A DNA stretch of 64,000 bases from the NCBI RefSeq assembly GCF_009914755.1, contig NC_060934.1. The stretch is one strand, 5' to 3'. This document shows, in pieces, positions 16,326-31,409 of this stretch. This DNA comes from the human T2T-CHM13v2.0 reference genome, Homo sapiens. The notes under the pieces were generated by a model. The model was not told where the DNA came from, did no database searches, and saw only the letters and a program-made list of their open reading frames with translations. Positions within the stretch are counted from its first letter, which is position 1, and every line of letters begins with the position of its first letter. A program made the position numbers and the translations under genes.

Positions 16326-19300
16326 CTTCTAGATCTATCACACATGACTTCAGACCACGTAGGCTCCTCCAAATCTCCCAAACTGTCTGTCTGACTGGAA
16401 TCCAATACCCCAGTGACATAGTCCTCTGGAAAGAGTCTCCTTGGGCTCACGGAGGGCATCTTGCAGGCAAGGAGAGCCTAGGCCAGGCCTCCAGGAGGCC
16501 TCACAGACAGGTTTCTCAGTCTCCTCTGGGTCCTGTTTATCTCCTGTGTGTATGTGTGGGGCTGGGGAGGGTGGCGAAGGCAGGATGGGAATCAAATAGA
16601 AGATGCTGACTCCTCATCTTCAGGTCTTTTCAAACTTCGATTTGTAAAAGAAAGACCATCTTTGGGAGACAGTTTTCAAAGAGTTGGTATCTGAGACCTT
16701 CATAACTGCAACTGCAGCCATCCATGTACAGGCACTCAGGACCAGAGCCAGGAAGGCGGCTCTCAGGGGGATCTGGGCACAGCGCCCTCCCACCCTCCCT
16801 CTGTGCCTTTCCCCCACCTCGGGACACTCTGCCCCCATTCCTCAGCACCCCCGGCCCTTGCCCACCCTCAGGACCCACTGCTGACTGATAGGAAAATCAC
16901 TCAAGTGTTCTCTGGGGAGAGGGAGTGAGAACAAGAAGCCTACTTTGGGGAGGAGTGTGTGATTTGAATCTATAATGATTTCTTTGTCTGATTAATTCCC
17001 CCCAGCCATCCGGTAAAGGCCAAAATGAATGAAACGGCTGTTACACAGAGGGCTGAGCACAAGGACAGTAATTGCAAAGGAATGAAGCATACCGACTGCT
17101 TCAGGCTTATTTTTATTAGGAGGAGCTGATGTTTGTGCACTCCCCCCAAGTCCCATCAAAAGCAGGGCTTTAGGAAGAGCCCTGTGTGGCCCCTGACACG
17201 TACACATATGCAAATGGCAGAAGCAAGCTTGCATGGTGTGTAGAGCCAGCTTTCTTTCCCATTTTCAAGATCTCCCTACCCCCTCGCCTAGGGCACAGTC
17301 CCCACAGCATGAAACTGACAGCATGTGCTCCCAATCACCCAAGCCCAATCAACAGCACATATTTGGAAAGACCACTGAACGCCAAGTGTTAAGTTCTAAC
17401 AAAGAAAACTCGCACGTCGGCAAAATATTCTTTGTTTTCTCTGCTCAAACATCCCCTTGAGATCACAAACATAATGGGTATGAGTTGGCTGGACCCAGAA
17501 GCCTCTAGAAGAATAAACACTGCCACTTTGGACATTATTTACTTCCCTTCTTGCAAGGCTGAGCTCACAAAAGCCTATCGCAGAGAGGCCAGACTGAGGT
17601 AACTGTCCACACCAAGCAATTGTCCTGGTTTACTGCTCCAAGGAGTGGATTTCCTTTTCTGCCTAATGCCAGTTCAGAATCTCTCTAAAGACTTTCTCAG
17701 AGATTAAAGTAAAATCAGGCAGAGTGTTTCCATGACCGAAACAATGGTCCTTCTGGCTTCCACAAATAAAACCGATAGTACATGACTCTTCAAAAGAAGA
17801 AAAAGATGGAAAGAATTTCAGGGCATGGTTCATTCAACTACAGCATATGACTAAACTTTGGGGGAAAAAGAAGTGGTCTGATGATCAGAGATTTAAAAAT
17901 GTGTTTTAGCAAATGCTCAGGATGGAGGACATTTCAAAGCCTATGGTTTTAATCTGTTTTGAACATTTCTTTCTGCTCTGTTAGCTCCATTTATTGTTAC
18001 AATCAAGTCAGCATTCCGGGGTTATGAGTAACCAAACAGCTGCTGCTTTTTGCAATGGGCCACTTTCCGGACTCTGATTTTTCAAGGGAAAAATGGCTTC
18101 TGAATAAATTTTGTGAAACCCAGGTAAGCCCAATACTTAGTGGCTGTAAGGCCCCACTTGACTACACTCACATGCAGGCTGAGAAAGTCAGCAAAGTTTT
18201 TAGATCACATGCCCATCATGGGTAACAAACTTTTAAACCCACTACTAACATGTTATCAGCAGCTAGGGAGGGGTGAAAAAAACCATTCCACCACCATTAG
18301 CCCAATTTTATTACAGCGTTTTCCAAATGAACATTTGCAGAAAAGCAAAACAAGGCTTTTGAACAAAATGTCAGAGGGTTGCTCCTTTTAGCTTTCAGAA
18401 AAAAACTTTCCCCAAATATTTAAGAGCCTCAGAACAGTCCCCCAAACCCTGCTTTTGGTGGAACATGGGAGGCCACTGCAATGTCAGCTTGTCATAATAA
18501 AAATAAGCCCCAAGCAGACTGTGCGTCTTCTCACAGCCATTTCTGTCAGGCATAGGGCTCTCCTTGAAAGCCGCTTCTGCCTGGAGTCCCTGATTTCGTC
18601 CCTGAGGCCCCAGGCCTGCTTGTAGGGAACAGCCCCTGTCTCTACTTTCTCCCGTAATGGGTATGACACAACCCGAAACACAATTGGCCCATTTATAATT
18701 TGCCAAGTGGGCAACAATCACATGCACTTTGGAGTATGAAAATAAAGGGTTTGGAACATTGCACATAGCTGTGGAAGATCCACCTCCAGCCCTTTGTAAG
18801 TGATAAGGGGTCTTATGCAACCAAGCAATATCCTTGCAGGCGAGCGAGGCCATCTGAACATTCTGCACATGGATGCTAGTCCTACTTTGTGCTGTGAGTG
18901 TGAATTTCAGGAGGCACCTTGTTTCTCCTCTGAGATGGAGTCATGACTTGGCAACAGTCCTTCCGTGAAGACTTTCCAGTTCTATCTGATTTCATTTACA
19001 ATTACAATAGTAAATTGTCTGTAGAGCTACAGTAAATGAAATCAGAGATAGAAATGGTAAGTCTTTTAGAGCCACTAAAAGTAATTCCTTGTGACTCTCA
19101 CTGAGAAGGATGACTTTACTAAATTACTAAAAGTGATGAATTACTAAAAGTAATTCCTAGTGACTCTCACTGAGGGGATAATTCCATTTCTTTTCAAGGT
19201 AAGAACTTGTTTTATAATTAAAGTTTTTGTTAAAGTTTCCTGTAACGTCCATACTATTCATATCGACCCCTTGCACCCTGCACCCATCTATGGTCTCAGG

Positions 19301-19779
19301 ATTTATTGGAGTGTTGAGCAGTGACTGGCTTCAGTTATTAGCTCTTCCACTCCCCTTCCATGTGGTCATGGAAAAGCCCATTAATCTTTTTGAGCGTTAG
19401 TTTTGACCACTGTAAAATGGGAATAAAATTCCCCTCTTACCTCATGGAACGATTTAATGTTTAAATGAGAACATGGAGGTAAAAATTCCTCTGTACAGTG
19501 CCCTAAATGTGCATTATTATGGTGTGACAATCAGAGACGTTGATGCTTTCATTCATTCCACAAACATCTATTGAGTGTTTACTCTTTGCCAGGTACTCTG
19601 TGGAGCTGGGAATATAGCAGTAAAACAAAGCAAACAAACATCTAGCCTCATGGAATTTAGGTTCTACTGGATATAGAATCCTTGTCATGCTGTGCTACAG
19701 CAGTCCCTAGAGCTGAGGTCACAGGATTTTTGTGTGTATTTGGAAGATATTAAAGTTTGCAGACAGGTCAAAGTTCAAA

Positions 19780-20140
19780 GTATACATAATAAATGTGTTA
19801 CATACATGTAACTATATATAACATATTACATAATATGTAGTGTATTATATACTTACATTAAAATATATAATATAATAATCTGTTATAATAAATATTAATT
19901 ATTGTAATGATTAATTATTATAATTTATAGTGTAAGTATATAATATACTACATAATATATTACATATATCTGGGACATATCTATATATGTTATAAAATTA
20001 TATAAGAATATTACATAAATAATGTAACTATATAGTACATTATATAATTATAATGAATTATATAATTTTATAAACTACAACAAAATATTTTAAAGCTATA
20101 TATTTAAAATATATATATATACACACACACACACACATAT
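19780..20140. repeat. AT-rich low-complexity tract ending in (TA)n(CA)n
   Basis: Read directly. Confidence 0.9.
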
Positions 20141-20865
20141 TCTAATGACTAAATTCCTGCAATTAAACATTGATTATAATAAACTTTTGGGCTCAAGATT
20201 CTCAAAGACTGTTTTAATGATCCAAGACACACCCTTCGCAGAAGTGCTGGGAAAATTTTCATCTTCAAATGCCTCATGCTACCTAGGTGGCCATTTTTTT
20301 ACAAAAGCGCTCTGCGGCAGATGGCCCTGGCGGCCCCTTGAAGAGCAGCGGCAGCCCTGGTAGGCCGTCCCTGTGCTTGTTGGCAGTGCCCAGTCTCTAT
20401 GCTCCGCCACACGAATGCTCTTTCTGGGGGAGCTTTCTCAGACTGCAAGTGTGAGGTGTTAGCCATCCCAAGTGCAGTCCTTACCAATGGGAACCAGAGT
20501 TGGCGGACCAGTGCCTCCACTGTGGTCCTTCAGAAGGTCCCAGCGGATGGAGCCCAAGTTGCCCCCAGGGGCTCCCTCTGCTGGTTCCCCCTCCTCCTTT
20601 CCTTCACTCACTCGTCCTGGGCTCCGGCTTCCTGGCATTACCTCCTAACTCAGCTGCTGCAAGGCCCTCAGGCATTGCTTCAGGAAAACCCAAACCACAC
20701 ATTAATCCCATGTCTACCAAATGATCACCGAAGGGCTGATGCTCATTAAAATGTCTAAGAATAGAACACTGCTGACTACTGGAAAGAATTCGGAATCTTG
20801 GCAGAGTGATTTCCTGTTCTACCCCAAACTTTGGAATGTGCTGAAAAAACCATCTCACTTCCTAC

Positions 20866-21047
20866 CTCCAAGACATCAAAGTTGCACCTTGAATGATACT
20901 CCACATCGAAGTCATGGATGGTGAGCTGAATGCTACTCCCGGGGTCCGTCCTAATGTACCAGATACACTCCTTGTTTGGTGGATACCTGTTGGGGAACCC
21001 GGGGCTGCTGAAGGAGCCTGTGGCCCCAGACAGCTCTCCACCACAAC
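20866..21047 (-). CDS. CUBN: Cubilin coding exon (exon 29; N-half of CUB9): [61 protein letters not shown]
   Basis: Acceptor ttttaacag|GT, donor GAG|gtagg; 182 nt, phase 1 to 0; CGG..SP.FP..YP...C.W.I CUB signature. The ORF track shows only a wrong-frame translation here. Confidence 0.96.
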
Positions 21048-22246
21048 CTGTTAAAACAGAAAGGTTCAGTCAGTTCAAAGTGGGCAACAGCCCGTGGAAA
21101 ATAATTCCAAATTCAACTCACCAAAAGGCCATCAAAAATATACAATGCTTAATTTAGGAGAAAACCGTTAAGTTACAATAAAGTTATAATTATGCAGTTA
21201 TAAAACAATGAGAAAAAAATCATGGCTACAACTTATTAAGTTTATCCTTTCAAAAACACTGGATTATATATAATTTAGTACAATAATGCTCGATCCTTTT
21301 TCTTACCATATCAAACCTTCGTACTTTAAAAAAAAGTCATTCTAATTTTAGATTTTCTTTATTATAATAAGGTAAGAATTACATAACATAGTCGGAAGTA
21401 CAATGGACCGTGTGAGCTGTGGTCGTGAACTTCAGGTCCCTGGGCCTTCAGTGTCCTTGTAGCTAATACATTATTCTGCAGTCCCGTGCAGATCTAAGAA
21501 CTAGAATTTTAAGGGCTAAAAATCCTTAGCTTTGTACCAAAGACTGTAAGAAATAAACAAGTAAATTATATAGTTCCTAACTCAGCAAATTTACATTAAA
21601 AAAATACAATGGATATAGAAAAATCCAACCAAGGAAAAAGACAACAGCATGTGTTTCAGAATCTTGATATGTCATGCCTTAGAAAGCCATTCAGGCAGAC
21701 CATGACAACAAATAATCAAATGCTGTAGCCTGCGGCACACAGTAGAATAATGCCACCTTTCATTGAGTCCTCATATGGGCTTTCCATGTGTTTTCTGTTT
21801 CCGTACTCATAAGGACCACATGAGGTAGGTACTGTTAGGATCCAATTCTTAAATGAGCAAATCAGTGCAAACAGAGGTGGTGTGGATTTTCCAAGGTTAA
21901 TTGATGCTAGGATACTAACTGAGGTGATCTGGTTGTATCTTAATACTTCATTACTATACCACACAGGCTCTCAAATCGTTTGCAGGAATTCAGACAGAGA
22001 TTTCAGTATGGAGAGGAAGAGAAAACTTTGCAGAAGAGGTAAAATTTGAGGAAGGCTTATGAGAGACACAATTAGAAAAGAAATTATCTTGTTTTCCAAC
22101 AGCAATTTTTGGTGATTAACAAAACATTTTTTGCTCTTAACATTTCTGGGCCTCTTTTTCTTTTTTTTTTTTTTTTTTAATATTCTTTATTGGTTGGTAA
22201 ATTCTTCCAATTACCTTCTCTTATTCTTCATCAAGGCTTTTTATGT

Positions 22247-22940
22247 GCGATCATTAAAAAGTCAGGAAACAACAAGTGCTGGAGAGGATGTGGAGAAATA
22301 GGAACACTTTTACACTGTTGGTGGGACTGTAAACTAGTTCAACCATTGTGGAAGTCAGTGTGGCAATTCCTCAGGGATCTAGAACTACAAATACCATTTG
22401 ACCCAGCCATCCCATTACTGGGTATATACCCAAAGGAATATAAATCATGCTGCTATAAAGACACATGCACATGTATGTTTATTCCCGCACTATTCACAAG
22501 AGCAAAGACTTGGAACCAACCCAAATGTCCAACAATGATAGACTGGATTAAGAAAATGTGGCACATATACACCATGGAATACTATGCAGCCATAAAAAAT
22601 GATGAGTTCATATCCTTTTTAGGGACATGGATGAAGCTGGAAACCATCATTCTGAGCAAACTGTCACAAGGACAGAAAACCAAACACCACATGTTCTCAC
22701 TCATAGGTGGGAATTCAACAATGAGAACACTTGGACACAGGGTGGGGAACATCACACACCAAGGTCTGTCATGGGGTGGGGGAAGGGGGGAGGGATAGCA
22801 TTAGGAGGAATACCTAATGTAAATGACGAGTTAATGGGTGCAGCACACCAACATGGCACATGCATACATATGTGACAAACCTGCACATTGTGCACATGTA
22901 CCCTAGAACTTAAAGTATAATAATAAAAAATAAAATAAAA
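22247..22940 (+). mobile_element. 5'-truncated L1PA (about L1PA4-5) 3' end
   Basis: ORF 22190..22798 includes ORF2p C-terminus [18 protein letters not shown]; L1 3'UTR and A tail. Confidence 0.92.
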
Positions 22941-24177
22941 GTAACAGTGCCTCCTCACTCCATTATGAGTAAACGTGCATTTTTCACATAACATTAAACT
23001 ACCATGGCTTCTAAAGTAAGACACCAAGTCTGAGATCTTGTCTACTGTCCACTCTATGCAAATTCCTCCTGTACAGTGAGTTAGAAGAAAAGCTTTTAAA
23101 AGTTAAGGAGTTAAAAAAAAAATCTCCGTGCAGAATTCCCCACTGCACTGAGAAGCACTGAGAATTCTAAGAATCTTGATTCGGCAGAGAAATCTGACTC
23201 TAGCTCAAAGCACTACTATCTTCTTGACTTCTCAGTCTCCTTTCACTTGAAAACCTCTGCGTTTTCAGACTTTAAATGTATTGCACAGAGCAATATCTTT
23301 CCTGTGTCCTAAAAAGTTCCGGCTTTTATTTCTAAAGCCTACGAAAAAGCTGTTTAAAATTAGATGTGCTGACATTGTTTAGAGACTATGATGAATCTTA
23401 AAAAAACACAAGTACCGTAAAAGATGAGAAAATATTTGTCCGACTACAACAACACATGGCAAATATTCCTGAAGCCAAAATCATCACAGATTGTCCGTAT
23501 CTCCTGTACCAATGCCCAACTCCAGGGAGCACCGCTCACAGGACATTCTATAACAGGATGCTTCCGGAGTGGTACAACACAGTGCCTCATGTAACTCGTG
23601 TTAAGATGTACCACCTTTTACTAAAATACATTACAGGTAAGCAAAGCCTGTTACTGAAATTTTTTTCTCAACTTGCATTTTCAGCTCAGATGGTTCTTTC
23701 TATCAGTAGTATCAAATAAATTATCCAATGGAAAAAATCTAGAGGAAAATAACTTTATGGCCACATGATATAAAAGATAAGAAGGAAATGAAAGTTTAGA
23801 TAGCTCATTTCTGCATTTTTATTTAGCATTCGTTCATCAGCCAATCTGATTCAATTTTTTTATCTTAGTTGATTCACATAAAACTCTGTGTAACATTTTT
23901 CCATTGTCTTTTCCAATTGTTTTACGTTTCCTTGTGAATTCCTTCGCAAATAACAGGATACTAATACCCTTAAATTGTCGCTGTAAACTGGAATGGTAAT
24001 ACAGATTCGGGGCATTCAGTAATGCTTTAAAAAAATTACAGTATAGTTATATGGACCCACAATGTCTTTTTTCCTAGTATTTAAAGCAAATAATCCACAA
24101 GGTTTTCTTTAATAAAAAGAGCAAAATTTTACTTTTAAGTATATCTTGTTAATAGCACATATATGTATGCTTCTTAA

Positions 24178-24495
<318 letters not shown>

Positions 24496-25338
24496 TGAAT
24501 TAAAAGTTCACAGCAAATGCAAAATAGGATAGATTAATTTAGTGGTACTTTCTGGTCAAAATTATACAGTACTAGGAGGGTGCAGCACACCAACATGGCA
24601 TATGCATACATATGTAACAAACCTGCACGTTGTAATTCTGGTAATTACGGTAGAAACTTAACTGTCTTCGTATTTCTAAAATTTGAAAGAGGTAAAATAG
24701 CTTCCCAGTTCCATTTATTTATTCCTTCATTCACTCATAAGTGTTTATTGAGCATCTGCCCATAATACAAGCAGTGCTATAGAAGCCAAGCATATTTAAT
24801 ATCTCTTGAAAAAAAGAAAGACATTTATAGACATAAAAAGTGTTATTGCCCACATGTCTTCTTGCAAGTTATTAAACCCTTTTTGCTTCTCCTTCAGTTT
24901 ACTAAGAGTAATTTCAATAAGTTTTTATTTGAAGAAAACAACCTGAATACTATTCTATCCTTTACATGTTAATCACTGGTAAGTTACAAATAAGAATAAA
25001 TAACTCATCCTGCCATTACCAGTCATATTTGCGACTCTGGATGCATGACAAAGGGATAACAAACAGGGAAGGGAAAAAGAGATGGAGAATACACAAGTCT
25101 GGAGAGGAAAGAAGTTATATAAACCAATACCCATCAGGAAATAACACAGGCAGGGATGTTTAGACCACCAACATCCTTGTCGTCATCCGGTTACCTGTCT
25201 GGTTGAATGAACAATAAAATGTAAAAGAAATACAGAAGTTTTTAACACCGGTCATTCATAATCTAAAATAGATGACAATGATTTAGAAAAGCCTTTCAAA
25301 AGAAGATAAAAGAAGATAATTTAAAAGATGAAAATACC

Positions 25339-25629
25339 AGCCAGGCGTGGTAGTTCACACCTGTAATCCCAACACTTTAGGAGACCAAGGTGGGCAGATC
25401 ACCTGAGGTCATGAGTTCGAGACCAGCCTGTCCCAACATGGTGAAACCCTGTCTCTACTAAAAATGCAAAAATTAGCTGGGCGTGGTGGTATGCGCCTGT
25501 AATCTCAACTATTCAGGAGACTGAGGCAGGAGAATTGCTTGAACCCAGGAGGTGGAAGTCGCATTGAGCCGAGATCACAGCACTGCTCTCCAGCCTGGGC
25601 GACAGAGCAAGACCCCGTCTCAAAAATGA
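25339..25629 (+). mobile_element. Alu (AluSx-like)
   Basis: TSD aaaagatgaaaatacca. Confidence 0.95.
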
Positions 25630-26025
25630 AAAAGATGAAAATACCAACCAAGAAAGGAACAGTGACATGAGGAATAAAGAGTTTTGAGAGAAATAGACAC
25701 AGTGGCTCTTTGTCACTTTGGTAAGAGAAAGTTTTCATGGAGTAGACACGATTTTAGAACTGCTTAATTGGCATGTTAGATTGCAAAACTTTTGGAAACA
25801 TTATAGTGTAACAGAGGAAGCATGGGCTGTAGTTCAGACAAATGGGTTCCTAAACTGGCTGTGATAGTTCCTAGGTAAGTAATCTAACCTTTCTTTCATC
25901 TATAGCTGTATGAATACTTACTTCATAGGGTTGTTACATAGAATGAATGAAACAATCCAAAGTTTTTAGCTAAATGTTGTGCATATCATAATCCTTTCAC
26001 ACATGCTGTGTATTCTATCTTTACA

Positions 26026-26160
26026 TTTTTTTTTTACTCTTTTCTTTTGAAACAGGATCTTGCTATATTGCCCAGGCTGGTCTTGAACTCCTAGGCTCAA
26101 GTGATCCACCTTTCCCTCCCAAAGTGCTGGGATTACAGGTATGAGCCACCACACCTGGCC
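26026..26160 (-). mobile_element. FLAM-like Alu monomer
   Basis: Single left arm. Confidence 0.85.
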
Positions 26161-27686
26161 GTGTTTTGTATCCTCACAAGACTTTATCCCCAGATTTGAG
26201 ACAAAGACTTGGAGCTAGAAGAGGAATTACTGGTTAAAAAGCTATCATGAATAGCTAGAGAAGAGGTAAGAAATTGGTTTTTCATTAAGGTGCACAAAAA
26301 TTTTTTAAAAGACAATCCATATTTTTATGGTAGTTCAGTTCTCAAGTGCTTTTATTTTATTTGAATTATTTTTATTTGAAATGCATTATTTTATTTGAAA
26401 TTAATCATGACAACGGGAGGCAGGTAACAATGATGTCAGGCCCATTGTAGAGGTGAGCAAAGTGAGGTTCAAGAAAGCTGTGGAACATGCTCATATCACT
26501 TAGTGAATGGCAGATGTGGGTACAAAACCCTATTGTGACACCCACCCTCCCCGATCCTGACCTCCACTTCTGTGTTCTCTCTCCCCCATGCCTTGCCGAG
26601 AACTTCAGCTCAAAGGCACGGAACTAACAATGTTGAATGCTGCCCTCATTACTGTCCTGTCCCTCCACTGAAGACAATCACCATAGCAACCTGGAAAACG
26701 TAAACAAAGCAAAAATCTTTTAATTGACTTTGAGGCAAAATCTAACAGAATACATCATTAGACATCAGCTGAACTGGAATAAAATAATGCCCTGAAGAGA
26801 AGCCTATGTTTTTCAGTTTTAAAGAGTTAATCTTTATAAAAGTTTTAGAGCTGGTGACTGATCATCTGTTTGCCTTGATTTTCCTCCAAACTCTCACTCA
26901 TCTGCCGAAAGGAAGTGCTTGCTTTATCTGCAGGAAGCACATTGATCTGCTGAACTCATAACAACCAAGAGTTACAAGCTGTTGCTAAACCTGCTTACTT
27001 GTGTAGATAACTTAAAATACCTTCATAAAAGAACTTCACTAATATTGTTTTGGTTTTTGTCCAAAACAAGCCATGAGTTATAAAATTCCAGTACTGAAAC
27101 ATTTAATAATAATCTCCTATGTAGGTACTATCTTTAAGTTCGTATCTGTGTGTTTTTTTTATAAGAGCTTTAATAAAAGCAAACCAGTAATGAAACAGCT
27201 AAATGGAATCCAAGGCACAAAATTTAAAAAGTAAATGCTGTATTGCCCGGCGACTGCTCAAATGCAGTCAGCGCTTTGCTGGCTGGCATTTTCCTGAAAC
27301 TATATGCCATAAACTGATGGCATCAGGAGGAATAACATCTTGAAATACACATGGCTAAAGCCCAAAGAGGATGGCAGAAAAGGAAGAGAGAAGTGATTCA
27401 TCACCGACACCCTCCCACCCTTATCCCTTCATTCCTAAAGGAAATGCCTGGGAAATCAACAGTTGCTGTTAAAACGAAGCCAAAAGCCAAGGCACAGTGA
27501 AAGAGAATTAAATTTTAAAAGTAATTAGTGAGGATGTTCACGTGCTTCATTAAAATGCTCAATTTATATTTTAATAGCTTTTTTTCTATAACTTAACAAT
27601 AAAAACTCTTTCTGCTCTATAAGACCTTGAGATGTGCTTCATTGGCAAGGCCAGTTTGCCTTCATTGTGTAAAAAGGCGGCTTGTG

Positions 27687-27983
<297 letters not shown>

Positions 27984-28680
27984 GGCAGCTTGTGGAGGAA
28001 GGGAGGACACAGAAGAGAAACTGCCAGCAAGGACCCTTTTGGTAAGGCAGGTGTGATGTGAATTGGTAACTAAGAGCTCAGAATCTGGGGAAGGCCCAAC
28101 CCAAGGCAAAGTGAACTATTTCCTGGAGTGAGTATACAGGCCTCACTTCCGATACATCTATGAAACATAAAAAAACGTAATTACAAGGATTTTGAACAGA
28201 AACTTTCAGGTCAGGGAGGGTGGGGAAGTGGACAGGAATATGTGCTCCTTAAAATGGCCAAAGTTGTCCAAAGGTGACTGGCATGTAATGAGAACCACAA
28301 AAAGTCAGTAATTCCTGGTTTGATGTTACCAGTTAATTCCCCAACATTTCACAGGTATGTGGCCAAGTGATAGGCATCTGTCCTACTAGGGTCACTAGTC
28401 CTCTCTGAACACAAGGCCAAGGGTGGAGCTCCTCAAATTCATAAGGACATGAAGCATGTGCAGATGGATTTTTCTGAGGGATTTAGTCAGATAGCATGTA
28501 TTCTGTGAGGAAGGGGACACAAACTGGAGTGATCACGAGATGAAATCAAAGAAGAAAATCAAGTAATATAAAGGCCAAGGAACATAAAATTTCCTTGAGA
28601 AAAAAGAAGGAAGAAAGAAGAGAGTGAAAAGGAAGAAGAGGACAAAACATCGTGACTCCAGGAGAGGAGAGAGTTGTCCC

Positions 28681-29127
28681 TGTATTGGGTTGAACACTGT
28701 CCCCCGAGACTTATGCCTACCAGGAACCTGTGACTGTGACCTTTTTGGAGGAAAGGGCCTTGGCAGATGCAGTCAAGTTAAAATGAGATCATACTGGATT
28801 GGGGTGGAACTGAAATCCAATATTCTTGGTATCCTTATACGAAGAGGGAAATTTGGTCCCAGACACCAAGAAGGAAGAAGGTCATGTGTGGATAGAGGCA
28901 GAAATTGGAGTTATGCATCTACAAGGCTTAGAAAGCCAAAGACAGCCATCAATCAACAGAAGCTAGAAGCAGCAAGGAAGGGTCTTCCCTAGAGCCGTCA
29001 GAGGGATGACCCTGCCAACACCTTGACTTTGGAATTCCAGCCTCCAGAATAAAGAGAACAAATTTCTGTTGTCCCATGCCACCCAGTTTGTGGTACTTAG
29101 TTACAGTAGCCCTAAGAAGCTAATGTA
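28681..29127 (+). mobile_element. MaLR solo LTR (MLT1B/C-like)
   Basis: ccctgccaacaccttgacttt and cagtttgtggtacttagttacagtagccc MLT1 blocks. Confidence 0.8.
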
Positions 29128-31409
29128 TCCTCATTCTTTCCCTGATAATTGAGGTGGCCAAACTCCCAGGTAGGTACAAAATGGTAACAACTATTTGTGT
29201 GGTATTCAAGGAGTGCACATTTGTAAACTTTCTGTATTCCATCTTGTAATTATTACTTCCTATTTGTCATCTTGAGGTTTAGAGGATGGTTGGTCAAGGG
29301 TAAGATTTTCATGAAAACAGAAAAGGTCTATTGTTGAGAAAACTAGCAGCAAATACAGGGCCAGGTATCACATCAGGAAGAAACAGGTAAACCCAAGAAC
29401 CAGGGAGTTAAGTCATAACGATTTTTAGTGTTGGAGAGTCAATGAACGTTTAGAAAGTTTCATGTTCCATGGAGACTTCATCCTTGCCCCATATTTTGTG
29501 ATAATCCATTTTATTCGACTAATTTCTATACAGCAGTGGATATAAAGTAGAGCATCGGGTTTCAATGGTAGAGATACAATAAAAAACAGTGAAAGAATAA
29601 GTTATTGCATGAAGTCAGTGACTTGGAAAACAGATACAAGAAGCTTAGAAATCAATGCTGTGGACCGCTATATAATGACCTTTACATTCCTATTCAAGAT
29701 GTCATATAAATACTCAAAGTTAAGACTGTCATAGCCATCTGACTATCTAAGATGGCCTAGATCTAAATACTGATGTGTTTCCCTTTAGTACATCATCAAA
29801 GAGAAAGAAATCCAAAGAAGCCATAATTTTGGAGTTTCTGTGTAATATAAATTTTAATTTCCTGTATACAAAAGGATACTATCTTTCGTCTTAACCTAGA
29901 GAAGTTAGCCAATCTTGTCATCTTTTCACTTTGATTAACTTTATCAGTTTCCTTTTAAGCTACTAATTTCAATCAAATTAAAAAATGGTTTCCCAGTAGA
30001 AATCCCTTGCTTACAATTCTTCAGGAGAAATCAATCATTTGATCAATCTCTTTTCCCTCTCCTTGGATGTTTTTGAAATGATTGAAGACTTCTAAACAAA
30101 GTTTAGTATAAAAAGGTACAAGGAAAGAAATGAGACTAAGATAACTGTACTAACCTTCCCTGAAATAAGCAGTCATGCCTAAGGCTACTGAAAGCTTCTT
30201 TATGAAATCCCTCAAACAAACAAAGACAGAGAAAACATGTTCTCTGTAGGCAGTTTCCAAGTTCAACAGTCATACTTCTATTTAGAAATATTATTCAAAC
30301 CTGCATTCCTTCAATTTCATTATTTTGGTACACAGGGCTCTTGCAGGGAAAAGCTCAAAGAGCCTCCAGGGACCTACATTGCAGGCCTCTCCCTGATTCC
30401 TTCCCTCACCTCCTCCAACCTCTAACCTTCCCTCTGCAGGGAGAGGACTCCACCCGGAGAAATGGACACAGGTGGGCAGCACCACGTCCATGGCAGTGGT
30501 GTTCTGTGACCCTTTAAACTCTGTCCAAATCTGAGCCTCAAGGTTGTTTTCTCTGATTACAACATCCCATGCTGCAGGCCCCTCGCAGGGCAAATCCTGC
30601 ATCCAGCCAGCCTGGGTCCTTAGCTTAGGGGAAGAAAAACAACTAAATTACCCAAATCCTCACATGCTCCACCCCATTCCCATGGTCCACTCTAGCCCGG
30701 CCAAGTTGTTCTGGGAGCAGCTACCCTTTTACTCTTCACTTTAATATAACTTCTCCCTCTTGTAAGCGAGTTTGTATAACTAAACCTTGGCAACTGACCA
30801 GATGATCTCCGTGGTTTCTCCCAGATCGGTGGATTCCATCAGCAACATATATAGCAGCTCCAGAACAGCACTTTATAAATGAGTAATAAAGCAGAAATTG
30901 TGTTTAAGGATTGCAAATAACATCAGCTATTTCGAACTTGTCTTTTGCCTAGCAATGCGCCCCTCCGCCCCAACCCACATATTATTGCTACTTGAACCTA
31001 AAGAAAGAATGAATTGTGTCACTTAGTGGGAAGCCTTTGAAACTGGATCACCATTTACTTGGGTAAGATTGCACACATCTTTTTAAAAACATTTATTATT
31101 ACGGGAATTTATAAAATTACCTACTATAAGCTCTGACCTTCTTTGCATTGCAATATCATTTGACCTTTTTTTGCAATGAAAAGCTGTGGGGAAAAAATAT
31201 TTGCTTTCAGGCACCATCGTGCTACTTATTGCACGGCCTTTGAGTTTGACATCACACACTGAGTTTTGTGTTCTGATTCCATTGCTTAGTGGATGTGTAA
31301 GTTTGGACACATCACTTAACTTGTCTCAGGCTTCTTCCTCAGTTTTCTCATCCATAATAAGGGAATGATAATGCTCATTTAAGAAAATTATTGGGATGAG
31401 ACATGAGAT

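Noticed and set aside
20862-21044. ORF-track peptide MVESCLGPQ...
   Set aside because: Wrong-frame reading of CUBN exon 29
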